A stretch of 64,000 bases of DNA from Ostreococcus lucimarinus. Taxonomy: Eukaryota. Below, one piece after another: positions 38,291 to 47,815 of this stretch (the stretch's first letter is position 1; every line of letters starts with the position of its first letter). The DNA lies in NCBI GenBank assembly GCA_000092065.1, contig CP000589.1. The stretch is one strand, 5' to 3'. Below the pieces are notes generated by a model. It searched no databases. It was given only the letters and a program-made list of their open reading frames with translations, and had not been told where the DNA came from. The position numbers were made by a program, and so were the translations under genes.

Positions 38291-38942
38291 ACGGCGCGCG
38301 CTGGTCGCGCTGGTCGCGCTCGCGAACGCGCGACGCGCGAACGCGGGTCCGGCGACGCGACCGTTCGTCGTCGACGCGGTGAAGAACGAGCGATGGGTGG
38401 CCGTGGACGCGACGTTCGAGGTGCCGGCGACGTGGGCGAACAGGCCGGGGCAACGCGCGAGGGTGGATAAATACGTCCTGTACACGGATACGTACGGGCC
38501 GAATTATCGGTACACGACGACGGTGCCGAAACTGCTCGGCGACGGCGAGGCGAAGATCGATCAACTCGCGCTGGTCGTCGTGTCGAGGGAGGGATTGGAG
38601 AGCGTGGGGGATTTGGGGACGATTGAAAGGATCGATCCCGCGCGCGCGTTCGGCGTGGAAGGTTTCGAGGGATTGGCGGCGAGCGAGGTCGCGAAGGCGA
38701 GCGTGAGAGAGGACGCGGGCAAGCAAACGTATTATCAGTGGGAGCTCTTCGATGGCCAACATCGATTTTTGATGTCGGCGTGCGTGTCGGGAGGGGGGTT
38801 GTATTGCTGGGTCGCTCAAATCGACGGCGCGCGGTTCGACGCCGACGCGGAGACGTACAGGGCGGTTTTGGACTCGGTGAACATCCCGCTCGTGGAAGAA
38901 TCGCGTAACGATATGTCTAGTCGTATTTATGAAACCCGCTAG
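38148..38942 (+). CDS. PsbP-domain protein (PsbP-like / PPD, thylakoid lumen) with a transit peptide and twin-arginine signal.
   Basis: 'TRRRALVALVALANARRANA' has an RR plus AxA layout. The C-terminal 'GKQTYYQWELFDGQHRFLMSACVSGGGLYCWVAQIDGARF' matches PsbP 'GKQYY.L......HQLITATV.GGKLYICKAQAGDKRWF'. ATG at 38148. Confidence 0.7.
38258..38288 (+). repeat. (ACG / GAC)9-10 trinucleotide run encoding poly-Thr in the PsbP-like transit peptide.
   Basis: 'gacgacgacgacgacgacgacgacgacg' gives 'TTTTTTTTT' in the gene frame. Confidence 0.85.
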
Positions 38943-38959
38943 TGATTGGGATGCAATAA

Positions 38960-40276
38960 TTATCGCGCTTGTTGTTGTTTCATCGACTCGTTCATCGACT
39001 CGCGAAGAATCGCTTGCGCGCGCGACGCCGTGCCTCGATCGACCCCCTCGGTCTTACCGTCCACCGCCGCGTCTAAGAGCTCGAGCACGGTCTCTGCTTT
39101 CGCGACGTTTCGACCGGCGCCGATGTTCATCGCCGTGGCGCTTCCCACGTGCGTCGCGAGCGTCGCGGTGGTTTGCAAGACTTCGCTCAAATCCAACGCG
39201 TCGTCGGCTTGCTTTCGCAGGTATCCTAAGACGTACGCGCCCGCGCTGCTATCACCGCACCCCACGGTGTCGCCGACTTTCACGCGTGGACAACCGACGC
39301 GCGCGCTTTGACCGTCGCGCGTGACGACCATCGCGCCTTCGGGACCGAGCTTCACGACGACCCACTCCGCCGCGGATCCCGGAAAGTCGAACACAGCCGC
39401 GGCGTAGTCCGTGGGCGGCGCATTCGCACGCACGCCCGTGAGCGCTGCGAGTTCTTCCTCGGTCGCGAGCACGACGTCGGAATTTTCCAGCGCCACTCTC
39501 AATGCCTCCATGCGTGACGGATTCGTCTCGTCGACAAACGTAAACGCGCGAGGCCCCGGATCGAAAAACACCCCCGCGCCGTTCCCCTTGGCCAATTTGA
39601 GCGCCTGCGCTACAGCCTGAGGCTTGAGCTCGTCGAACACAAAACCGTTGAGAAACACCGCTCGACACGAACGCAACGCCTCGCGCGCTTCGTTAGAGAC
39701 GTCGCTCACGTCCCGCATCAGCGGCCACGGGCCCAAATCGTACCTACTACAAAACGCGTGCGAACCGGCGCCGTCGCTCAACACGAAACAAATCAACGTC
39801 TCGGCCAAAGCGCTCACGCGCACGCCCTGATCGTCTCCTGGAATCAATTCCACGTGATCAATTCCCTCCAGCGCGAGCTCATCGATCAAAAACTTGCCGT
39901 ATTCATCGTTTCCGACGTGTCCCGCGCACGACGCTCGCAAGCCCAGCCTCGACGCCGCGATTAAAAAATTACAATTCCCGCCCAGTTCCCACGACTCTCG
40001 CGCCGGCGCCGTCCTCGCGAGTTCACCGAGTGTTTTAGTCGTCTTCAGCGACGTCGCGTCTGGGATCGGGCCGGGCGGCAGTAACACGTCCACGCACAGG
40101 TTACCGAGCGCGACGACGTCGTACTCTCGACTCGCGCGCCGCGCCACCCTTCGTCGCACCTCTCGCTCGCGCGCGCCCGCGCGCGCGCGGGACGACGCAC
40201 GACCACTGTGCGCGCACTCTCCACACGCGCGTCGCCGCTCGACGTGCGCGTGCGCGGCGACTCGCGTCGAGATCAT
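38960..40276 (-). CDS. pfkB-family carbohydrate kinase (fructokinase / ribokinase-like), probably organellar.
   Basis: 'YDVVALGNLCVDV' (GG-like motif) and the anion-hole / catalytic motif 'DTVGCGDSSAGAYVLG' are present. The first ATG is at 40274-40276; the track start at 40309 is TTG. Confidence 0.75.
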   Translation of the reverse strand: MISTRVAAHAHVERRRACGECAHSGRASSRARAGAREREVRRRVARRASREYDVVALGNLCVDVLLPPGPIPDATSLKTTKTLGELARTAPARESWELGGNCNFLIAASRLGLRASCAGHVGNDEYGKFLIDELALEGIDHVELIPGDDQGVRVSALAETLICFVLSDGAGSHAFCSRYDLGPWPLMRDVSDVSNEAREALRSCRAVFLNGFVFDELKPQAVAQALKLAKGNGAGVFFDPGPRAFTFVDETNPSRMEALRVALENSDVVLATEEELAALTGVRANAPPTDYAAAVFDFPGSAAEWVVVKLGPEGAMVVTRDGQSARVGCPRVKVGDTVGCGDSSAGAYVLGYLRKQADDALDLSEVLQTTATLATHVGSATAMNIGAGRNVAKAETVLELLDAAVDGKTEGVDRGTASRAQAILRESMNESMKQQQAR

Positions 40277-40525
40277 GGTGCTCTCGATGCCGCTCGCCGA
40301 ATCAATCAATCGCGCACGTTTCGCGCGCGCACGCGTTCGTGTCGAACGCCGCGCGCGATGGAGAAGACGAAGACGACGGTTCTACGTCCCGTTCGACGCG
40401 CGCGCGGACGTGGTGCGCGAACGCGTCGGTGCGCGCGTCAAAGTGTGGTTTCGACTCGGTGCTGGTTAAGGGGAAGAAGGAGATATTTATTCGAGTCGAA
40501 TAATTCGACGCGCGACGCCGAAAAG

Positions 40526-41980
40526 CTAAATCAACGAGCCGCCGGTAAATTTTGCCGGTGACATTGGAGGGTTTTGAGATCTAGCGTCGTTCGACGACGA
40601 AGATCCAAAACCGAGATCTTTGGTCAAGGCGGCGAGCGCGTCCAAGGAGTCGGTCGCGAGCGGCGGCTTTCGCGGCGACGAGCCGCCGCTCAGTCGCGGG
40701 GAGGCGCCGGGAGAACCGAAACTGGATAACCCAAATGGATCGGCCGCAGGTTTTGGAGGACTTTGGGGAACTTGCGCAGCGTGTGGATGCATCGCCGAAG
40801 CCTGCGGGGGCGGTGCGAAACCGAATTGATTCGCCGGCGACGGCGCCGCTCGCGGCGCAGGCGCGCCAAACGACGCGAGCGGGTCGGCCCCCATCGCTGG
40901 CTGCGGCGGCGCGTGCGCCTGGTTCGGGGCGTTGAACAAGTTGTCCAAATCGCCCCAACCAGAAGCCACCGGCGCGGCCGCGGGTGCAGCCGCAGGCGTC
41001 GCCGCGGGCGCGCTCAAACCTCCGAGCAAATCGTCGATGCTCGACGTCAGCGCCGGCGCCGCGGACGAGGCGGAGGAGTAATTCACCGCCATCACCGCGT
41101 TCGTCGCGCGAGGTGGCGGCGCGAACGCCATCACACCCGGCGCCGGCGCGACGCTCGGTACGGGAACGTCTCTAAAAACAATCTTTGGCGCCGCGTTCGC
41201 CAACGGCGCGTCGTCTTCGTCGTCGCTCGAATCCGCCTTTTGTCGTCCCGACGCGAACGCCGGCGCCGGCGCGCTCGGCGGCGCCACGGGAGCGCGTGGT
41301 TTCACGTCTTCGTCCGCGCGATTCCACGGCGCGCCGCCAGCGCCACCGCCCGAAGAAATCGACGCCGTCGACCGTCGCTCCGAGTCGCCGCCGAGCGCGC
41401 TCCCTCCCGAAAACGACCCACCCGCGCTCGACGTCGACCCTCTCCGCGCGTGCGTCCGCGCTTCTTCGCTCGACATCCCCGCGTACTTGCCGCGATTTCT
41501 CTCCGCCTTTTCCCTCGCCTCCTCGACCGATCTCGGATCTTCCACCAACGCCTTGATCTTTTCCGCTCGATGTCGCACGTTCACCCCCTCATCCTTCCCT
41601 CGCGCGTCCTTGTACTCGAACCTCAGCGCGCCGTCCATCATTCGCCTTCGCCTGACGTCCTCCGCGATCGCTCGATCGCCGTTCGCGACGAGATACTCGA
41701 CGACGGTGAGCGCCTTGTACGCGCGTCGCCACTCCTCCGGCGCGCTCTTCAAGCGTTTCTCCAGCACCTCGCGCACGACGTCCCACTTCCCATCGCGCGT
41801 GAGCCGCGCGATCGCGCGCAGCTGCTCCCCGTGCGGGCCCCAGGGCTCGGAGTTCGTCGCGTCGCGGACGAGCGCTTCGTCGTCGCCGATGCCTTTCCAT
41901 TGATTGACGCGCTTCTTCGCCGCCTGCGCCACCTCGTCCGGGATCGCGGACTTGATCGTCGTCAGCGCGGCTTTGAACAT
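40526..41980 (-). CDS. ENTH-domain protein (epsin / epsinR-like clathrin adaptor).
   Basis: The N-terminal 'MFKAALTTIKSAIPDEVAQAAKKRVNQWKGIGDDEALVRDATNSEPWGPHGEQLRAIARLT...VVEYLVANG' is an ENTH domain. The tail is long and disordered with DPF / NPxF-like motifs. ATG at 41978-41980; the upstream 246 codons of the ORF are arginine-rich and non-conserved. Confidence 0.75.
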   Translation of the reverse strand: MFKAALTTIKSAIPDEVAQAAKKRVNQWKGIGDDEALVRDATNSEPWGPHGEQLRAIARLTRDGKWDVVREVLEKRLKSAPEEWRRAYKALTVVEYLVANGDRAIAEDVRRRRMMDGALRFEYKDARGKDEGVNVRHRAEKIKALVEDPRSVEEAREKAERNRGKYAGMSSEEARTHARRGSTSSAGGSFSGGSALGGDSERRSTASISSGGGAGGAPWNRADEDVKPRAPVAPPSAPAPAFASGRQKADSSDDEDDAPLANAAPKIVFRDVPVPSVAPAPGVMAFAPPPRATNAVMAVNYSSASSAAPALTSSIDDLLGGLSAPAATPAAAPAAAPVASGWGDLDNLFNAPNQAHAPPQPAMGADPLASFGAPAPRAAPSPANQFGFAPPPQASAMHPHAAQVPQSPPKPAADPFGLSSFGSPGASPRLSGGSSPRKPPLATDSLDALAALTKDLGFGSSSSNDARSQNPPMSPAKFTGGSLI

Positions 41981-42065
41981 CGTCGCCGTCGCGCGCGGCG
42001 CGGCGCGCGACGCGACGGCGCGCGACGCGACGGCGTGTGACGCGACGTCTCTTGCACCGCGCGAC

Positions 42066-42095
42066 GCCAAAACCAAAACCAAAACCAAAACCAAA
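42066..42095. repeat. (CCAAAA)4-5 microsatellite in the promoter / 5' region between the epsin and GTPase genes.
   Basis: 'ccaaaaccaaaaccaaaaccaaaaccaaacac'. Confidence 0.85.
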
Positions 42096-42178
42096 CACGG
42101 AACGCGAAAGCGGGCACGCGTCACTCGGCGACGCGTCGCGCGCCGGACCGGCGACGCGCGCGCGCGCGACGCGTGCCG

Positions 42179-44273
42179 ATGAACGCGTCGACGTGCGTCG
42201 TGTGCGGCGCGACGGGACGCGGGAAGACGACGGTCGTGAACGGATTGGTGCGGGAAACGCTGCGGGAAGAGATTCTTCTCGGAACGGACGACGAGGACGC
42301 GCGCGCGACGGAGCGGGCGCGCGCGGTCGTCGATGAGGTGCGACGAAGGACGACGCGCGACGACGCGAAAAACGCGAATGCGATGGTGCGCGCGCTCGAG
42401 ACGAAGCGCGGCGAGTGACGCGCGCGCGGGACCGATGCGACAGAGCGAGACGACGCGGGCGAGGCGCGATGGAAATCGGCGCGCGGCGAGACGCGAAGGA
42501 CGGACGACGAACGGAGGGGATTGGAGGTGGCGACAGCGCGAAGAAGTGCGAGAAATGATGTCTAGTGATGAGGGGCGACGAGCGATGGAGGCGTGCGTGC
42601 GAAAACAGAATGCGTTGGATGTGATGCCGACGAGCGCGAGGACGGGGTGCCCGATAGCGATTCGACGCGCGACGTTGGACGACGAAGATGAAAAACAGGC
42701 GGCGAACGGCGTGTTCATCGCGCGAGTCGTCGTGCGATACCGAGAGGAGCATGAACTGGAGCAGGCGTTGCTAGATGTGGCGATTCAGTCGCGCACGGCG
42801 GGAGAGTTGGCGGGGAGACTGTGCGCCGGAGGGACGCCGCCAAGAAGAAATCGCGCCGACGAGGACGAGGCGGAGGCGAACGACGGATCGATCGAAGAAC
42901 TCGCGAGCGTGCTCGGTGAAGACCCAAAAGACGTGAAAGCGCGTGTGTTGGAGTGTTACGATCGATGTGAGCCATTTCTTCCAGCGCGCGTTCGAGATTT
43001 GCTCGGACGCGAACGCGTGTACGAAGTCCGAAGCGCTTGCGCCGGCGCCGCACTCACGGCTATTCGTTCTTTTATTTTACGCGTGGCGACGGCGGGTAAG
43101 TGGACGCACTGGGGCATCATAGAAGGTACGGTCGAGGTCGAGCTTCCGTTAGCGTACGACGTCAAGTTCGTGGATACGCCCGGGATTGATGCGTCGCAAT
43201 TCTCTCTCAAGCGATTGCGCCGAGTAATTGGCGCTGAAGCCGAGGAGCGATTCGGGATGTTCATATACGTGTGCGGTAAAGATGCACCGAAAGAGTGGGA
43301 GTGGAGCGCTCTGCATGCAATGGGTACGCTAAAGAAGATCGTCACCGAGGGTCCGCGGCTGTGTTTGTGCTGGCCCGTGGAGCTCGTGGTGAACGCCAAC
43401 GGACGTCCAGATGGCTTTGTCACGAATCTCCAAATCAAAAAGTTCCAGGATCGCACGTTGAAGATGCTGCGATCGGACTCTAATCATTGGCGCGAACGTC
43501 TTGATCAATGTATCGTCGCATCCAAGGTCGATGGCTTGCGCGGTGATTTAAGACGCGGCATGGCGCTGGCGTTTGTTCGGGCGTTTAAGCCCGACGCCTC
43601 GACGATTTTGAAGTATTCCATGTATCAGCTGGCGTTTTCGGTGGAAGAAGAGCTCAAACCATCACCGCCGAGCGATAACGGCAGTGGAGTCTTACCGAGC
43701 ACCGCGGTGGTCGCTGACGCAAAACCTTCGACAGACCCTTGTCCGAAGACCAAGCGAAAGATTGACGAAGAAGCCGCGACGAAAGCGTCGCCACCAAAGA
43801 AACGCCTTAAGAAGCAACCACGCCAGTGTACCATCGCTGATCCATTCGTGTTCAACGAAGACGATGGTCTTTTTGCCGACGAAGACGCCGCAACACCTCC
43901 AATGTTCGGCAAGCACATCGCAAAAACCAAATCAACGCGCTCGCCGCTCGTCGACGCCAACGAAAAGTCTCGCGCGACGGCGGCGGCGCGACGCAAAACC
44001 AAACCGTCGAACACCGCACCGAAGCGACCGCTCGTCTTGACGTCGACGACCGTTTCTCCGCCGAAGTCGAAGCATCGAGGTGCTGAAGCACCGCAGCCGA
44101 AGCTTTCCCCTCAACTCTCCGCGACGCCCGCGTCCAAGCCTGCGCGAAATCGGCCAAAGTTCGTCGTCGCCTCCGTCGACGACGGTCCCACCCCATCCCC
44201 ACCCCCCGCGCGTCCGAAACGCCCGCGCGAATGCACGAAACAACCTTGGTGGGTCGTCCAATCGCATCGATAG
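42179..44273 (+). CDS. Dynamin/GBP-superfamily large GTPase. Proposed model is join(42179..42247,42609..44273): a 23-codon P-loop first exon, a GTGCGG donor, a 361-nt intron and a CAG acceptor.
   Basis: Exon 1 encodes 'MNASTCVVCGATGRGKTTVVNGL' (G1). Exon 2 continues in phase 0 with 'NALDVMPTSARTGCPIAIRRATL', restoring the dynamin-like G1-switch I spacing (compare '[26 protein letters not shown]'). Later 'DVKFVDTPGIDAS' is a G3 (DxxG) motif. The C-terminus is a K/P/S-rich tail. The two pieces are in different frames in the raw ORF track (81-aa and 646-aa ORFs). Confidence 0.5.
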
Positions 44274-44545
44274 CTCCATCACGACGCATCGCTTCTATCA
44301 ATTTATCCATCGCTGACTCGCCGACAGTTACGCCTCGCGCCTCGTCAGCGTCCCCGCGCGCCTCATTCCGAGGCGACCTCGACGTCGCGTTCGACGCCGC
44401 AGATCGTCGGAATCGATCGACAGCGCGCGCGTTGCGTTTTCGATCGCATCGCTCGCGCGAGACGCCGCGCGCGCGTCCGGTCACCGCTCGGAACCGGCGC
44501 GATTCAACAATCGCTCATTAATCGCCCGACGCGATCGACCGAGCG

Positions 44546-46909
44546 ATGTCGTCGAGCGAAGGCGCGCGGTCGCGCTCGCCCAAGCGCATCGCGCGCGTAC
44601 ACGTTACCGCAGACGCGCGCGCGCGCGACGCGCGGCAAATGCTCGATCACGCGTGGCGGGAGTGCGAAGGAAAGGCGCGAGCGCGGCGCGCGAGAGCGTC
44701 GGCGAGAGGCGAAGACGAAGCGGACGACGAAAGGATGGAAGATTTGCACGCCATCGGAGACGTCGTGCGTGAATTGTGCGCGGTGGATGATGGGGTGCTG
44801 ATGCGATCGACCCTGGGGTGCATGGATGGGTTTAAGGTGGCGTTGCGCGCGGAGCGAGAGGACGACGACGAGGCGAGGAGAGAAATTTGCGTCGCGGCGT
44901 TGTTTGGATTGAGCAAGCTCGCGACGACGGCGAGGGAACAAGTCATCGGGGGGGATGTGGAAGAAGATGTGGTACTTGAAATGCTTCGCGTGCAGTGTAA
45001 GGCGCCGAATATGCGATTTTCAGAACGCGCTCGGGCGATGTCGACGTACGTCAAGGCGGTGGGCGTTCGGGAAAACTTGACAAACGTCAACGTTCGGACG
45101 CCTCCGGCATCGCCGAAGGATAAGAGTGGTAGAACTATAGGTGGCTTAGCGCGAGCGTTTGCATCGCAACAAGAGATGGCAGATTTCAACACACCAGACG
45201 TGAGCGACGACGAGGGGACAGAGGAGCGCAGGCAATCGATGAGTTCGCTGTGCGCGTCACCGAGTAGAATCTTCTACTCGCCGAAAATTTTGAGCGGAGA
45301 TGGCACGGTCGTTGATGAAGCGATCACACCTCCAGGCACAGTTATATGTCGCATCTGCGAACAGCCTGTCGCCAAACGAACTTTTGCCGGTCACAACGCG
45401 ACGTGCGCTGGATTTCGTCCGTCGTCGCTGGGTTCGAGTGGTTGCGCGTCTGCGCGCACTTCTGCCTCTCTCGCACAAGATGATTCGGAAACTTCAGACC
45501 AGATGTCTATTGATGACTTTCGAATCATAAAACTGATAAGTGGGGGCGCGTACGGGCGAGTCTTCTTGGCGCAGAAACGCGCGACGGGCGATTTGTTCGC
45601 CGTCAAGGCGTTGCGAAAGCGCGATCTCGTGTACAAGAACATGATGGATCAAGTCGTCGCCGAACGTGATGCCCTGATAGCAGCTGCGAATCCGTTCACA
45701 ATCAAATTGTACTACTCATTCACCTCTGCGAGGCACGTTTATCTCGTCACCGAATACGCAAACGGTGGCGACTTGTACAGTCTGTTGACGCAGCTCGGTC
45801 GATTGAGCGAAGAGCACGCTCGCCAGTACTGTGCCGAGATCGCACTCGCGCTCGAGTACGTGCACTCGAAAGGAATTACGCACCGAGATTTGAAGCCGGG
45901 TAATTGTCTCATTGCGTCGGATGGGCACATCAAACTTGCTGATTTTGGTTTATCGCGAATCGACCGAGACGCCGGGGACGCAGCGGGAAGCGGTAGCAAC
46001 TCGCCCAGCCCTTACAGTGGCACGGGATCGCCCATGTCGCCGAGCAGTGGAGCCGCTTCGATCCGAATCCCAACGCAAGATCCCATGACGACGAATAGTC
46101 CGATACATAGAATGACTCTAGCCGCAAACGCGAGACAGAGCCCAACTCAGAGCCCGTCGCGAAAGGTGCATCGACGCTCGGCGTCAAGACACGCTTCTGG
46201 AGCTAAGGGTACTCCAGATTACTTGGCACCTGAAATTCTTTTATGCGAACCGTGCGGCGAGGGTGTGGATTGGTGGGCGTTAGGAGTGATGGCGTACGAA
46301 ATGCTCGTGGGAGTTCCTCCGTTCAATGCGTCGACGCCGTTGGCGATTTTCGCAAGAATCATCAACGGCAAAGTGGAATGGCCAGGAAGTGGCGCCGCGC
46401 TGAGTGACGAGTCTAAAGATTTTGTTAACGCTCTACTCGTGCACGATGTAGAAGCGCGTCTGGGCTCGAACGACGATGCAAATGATATCAAGGCTCATCC
46501 TTGGTTTGCAGACGTCACTTGGGAACACGTCTACGACAAGAGCGCTGCGAGCGTGTTCGTGCCAAAGCCCGAAAGTCGACAAGATACGTCGTACTTCGTT
46601 CCCGCGTCGGATTTAAGCTTAGGTGTGGAGTATCCAGTCGGAGAGCGAAGAATGAGTGAATCTCACGCAAGTGAAGACAGCTCGAGCATGAAGGAGGACG
46701 TAGTCATTCCTGTCCCCACGCCAGAGGAAGTGGATGAAATCGAAGATTGCGACGAGGAAAAGTTACGGGCATTCACGTATAAGAACCTCGCCGAACTGGC
46801 GATGCGAAACATGAGGGTTTCCGGAGGGTCTGTCACACACTCAGCCGCCCAAACGAGCGGACTTCCTCGTCGAGGCTCGGTTGGCAAAGACTTAGCGCAC
46901 CAAAATTGA
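44546..46909 (+). CDS. AGC-family Ser/Thr protein kinase, MAST / Rim15 / IREH-like, with a large activation-loop insert.
   Basis: 'ISGGAYGRVFLAQK', 'FAVKAL', '[11 protein letters not shown]', 'DFGLSRI', then a ~85-aa insert, then 'GTPDYLAPEILL' and the AGC C-terminal extension '...HPWFADVTWEHVYDKSAASVFVPKPESRQDTSYF'. ATG at 44546. Confidence 0.8.
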   Translation: MSSSEGARSRSPKRIARVHVTADARARDARQMLDHAWRECEGKARARRARASARGEDEADDERMEDLHAIGDVVRELCAVDDGVLMRSTLGCMDGFKVALRAEREDDDEARREICVAALFGLSKLATTAREQVIGGDVEEDVVLEMLRVQCKAPNMRFSERARAMSTYVKAVGVRENLTNVNVRTPPASPKDKSGRTIGGLARAFASQQEMADFNTPDVSDDEGTEERRQSMSSLCASPSRIFYSPKILSGDGTVVDEAITPPGTVICRICEQPVAKRTFAGHNATCAGFRPSSLGSSGCASARTSASLAQDDSETSDQMSIDDFRIIKLISGGAYGRVFLAQKRATGDLFAVKALRKRDLVYKNMMDQVVAERDALIAAANPFTIKLYYSFTSARHVYLVTEYANGGDLYSLLTQLGRLSEEHARQYCAEIALALEYVHSKGITHRDLKPGNCLIASDGHIKLADFGLSRIDRDAGDAAGSGSNSPSPYSGTGSPMSPSSGAASIRIPTQDPMTTNSPIHRMTLAANARQSPTQSPSRKVHRRSASRHASGAKGTPDYLAPEILLCEPCGEGVDWWALGVMAYEMLVGVPPFNASTPLAIFARIINGKVEWPGSGAALSDESKDFVNALLVHDVEARLGSNDDANDIKAHPWFADVTWEHVYDKSAASVFVPKPESRQDTSYFVPASDLSLGVEYPVGERRMSESHASEDSSSMKEDVVIPVPTPEEVDEIEDCDEEKLRAFTYKNLAELAMRNMRVSGGSVTHSAAQTSGLPRRGSVGKDLAHQN

Positions 46910-47019
46910 TACTGTAGATGAAATTCTATGCGTCACACTTCAAAACTAAGCGCTCGCTATCGGACAGAAGACGAGGATGTTTCCGGCGTTCAATTGATGT
47001 GCGTTCTGCGGGGCTAGAG

Positions 47020-47772
47020 CTAATGGATGCGCAAATCGCGGCGTAGCAAGACGCGGGCGGGACGGCCGAGCGACGACTCGGCGCCGGCGGTTTCTTGCGC
47101 TTCGCGGATGAAATCTGAACGTTCGTAAAGAGCGATCGCGGCGTCGTTGTCGTGCTGGACGTGGACGTACAGCGTGTGCACGGCGTATTCGTCCCTCGCG
47201 ATGATGGACGCGCGCTCTATCATGCGCGAGGCAACACCGGTCCGTCTCGCGGCGGGCGCCACGCCGACGTTTGATAAATACGCGCGTCTTCCGAGCGAGC
47301 GCGTTCCAGCGAGTTCTTCCGCCGGTAAACGATCGCCGATGTTAATGTCTAACGAACCGACGATCAAAGACGTCTCGGCGCCGTCGCGCACGCTCAACGA
47401 TGCCGGATCGAACTCTCGTATGTCGTACTGCGCCGACGACGCGGGCGCTCGAGCGACGATGAGCACCACTTTCACGTTCTCGTAACCGACCTCAGCGCCG
47501 CACAGCTTGTTCGTCAGCGACGTGGTTTCGTTCTCAATCTTCATCGCGACGTGCGCGCGCTTGGCGAACGCGCTTCGGTCGCTCGGGACGTTTTGGCTGA
47601 AACTGAGCGCTCGACACGCCGCGGCGCCTACGACGTCGCTCGCGTGCGAGGAGACGTCGATGGTAATCGCGGAGCACGATGGGCTCGTCGTAGCGCGCGA
47701 ACATTGTCGAGCGCGCGCGCGGGTGAAGACGGGCGAGACGCCGCGCGACGGCGCGACGACGGAGGACGCCAT
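47020..47772 (-). CDS. GNAT-family N-acetyltransferase.
   Basis: Motif A 'RRAYLSNVGVAPAARRTGVASRMI' (Q/RxxGxG/A) and motif B '...AIALYERSDF' are present. ATG at 47770-47772. Confidence 0.6.
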   Translation of the reverse strand: MASSVVAPSRGVSPVFTRARARQCSRATTSPSCSAITIDVSSHASDVVGAAACRALSFSQNVPSDRSAFAKRAHVAMKIENETTSLTNKLCGAEVGYENVKVVLIVARAPASSAQYDIREFDPASLSVRDGAETSLIVGSLDINIGDRLPAEELAGTRSLGRRAYLSNVGVAPAARRTGVASRMIERASIIARDEYAVHTLYVHVQHDNDAAIALYERSDFIREAQETAGAESSLGRPARVLLRRDLRIH

Positions 47773-47815
47773 GCAGTGCAGTGCGGCGACGCGCTGGGCG
47801 ATTTACAAGTCTAAG

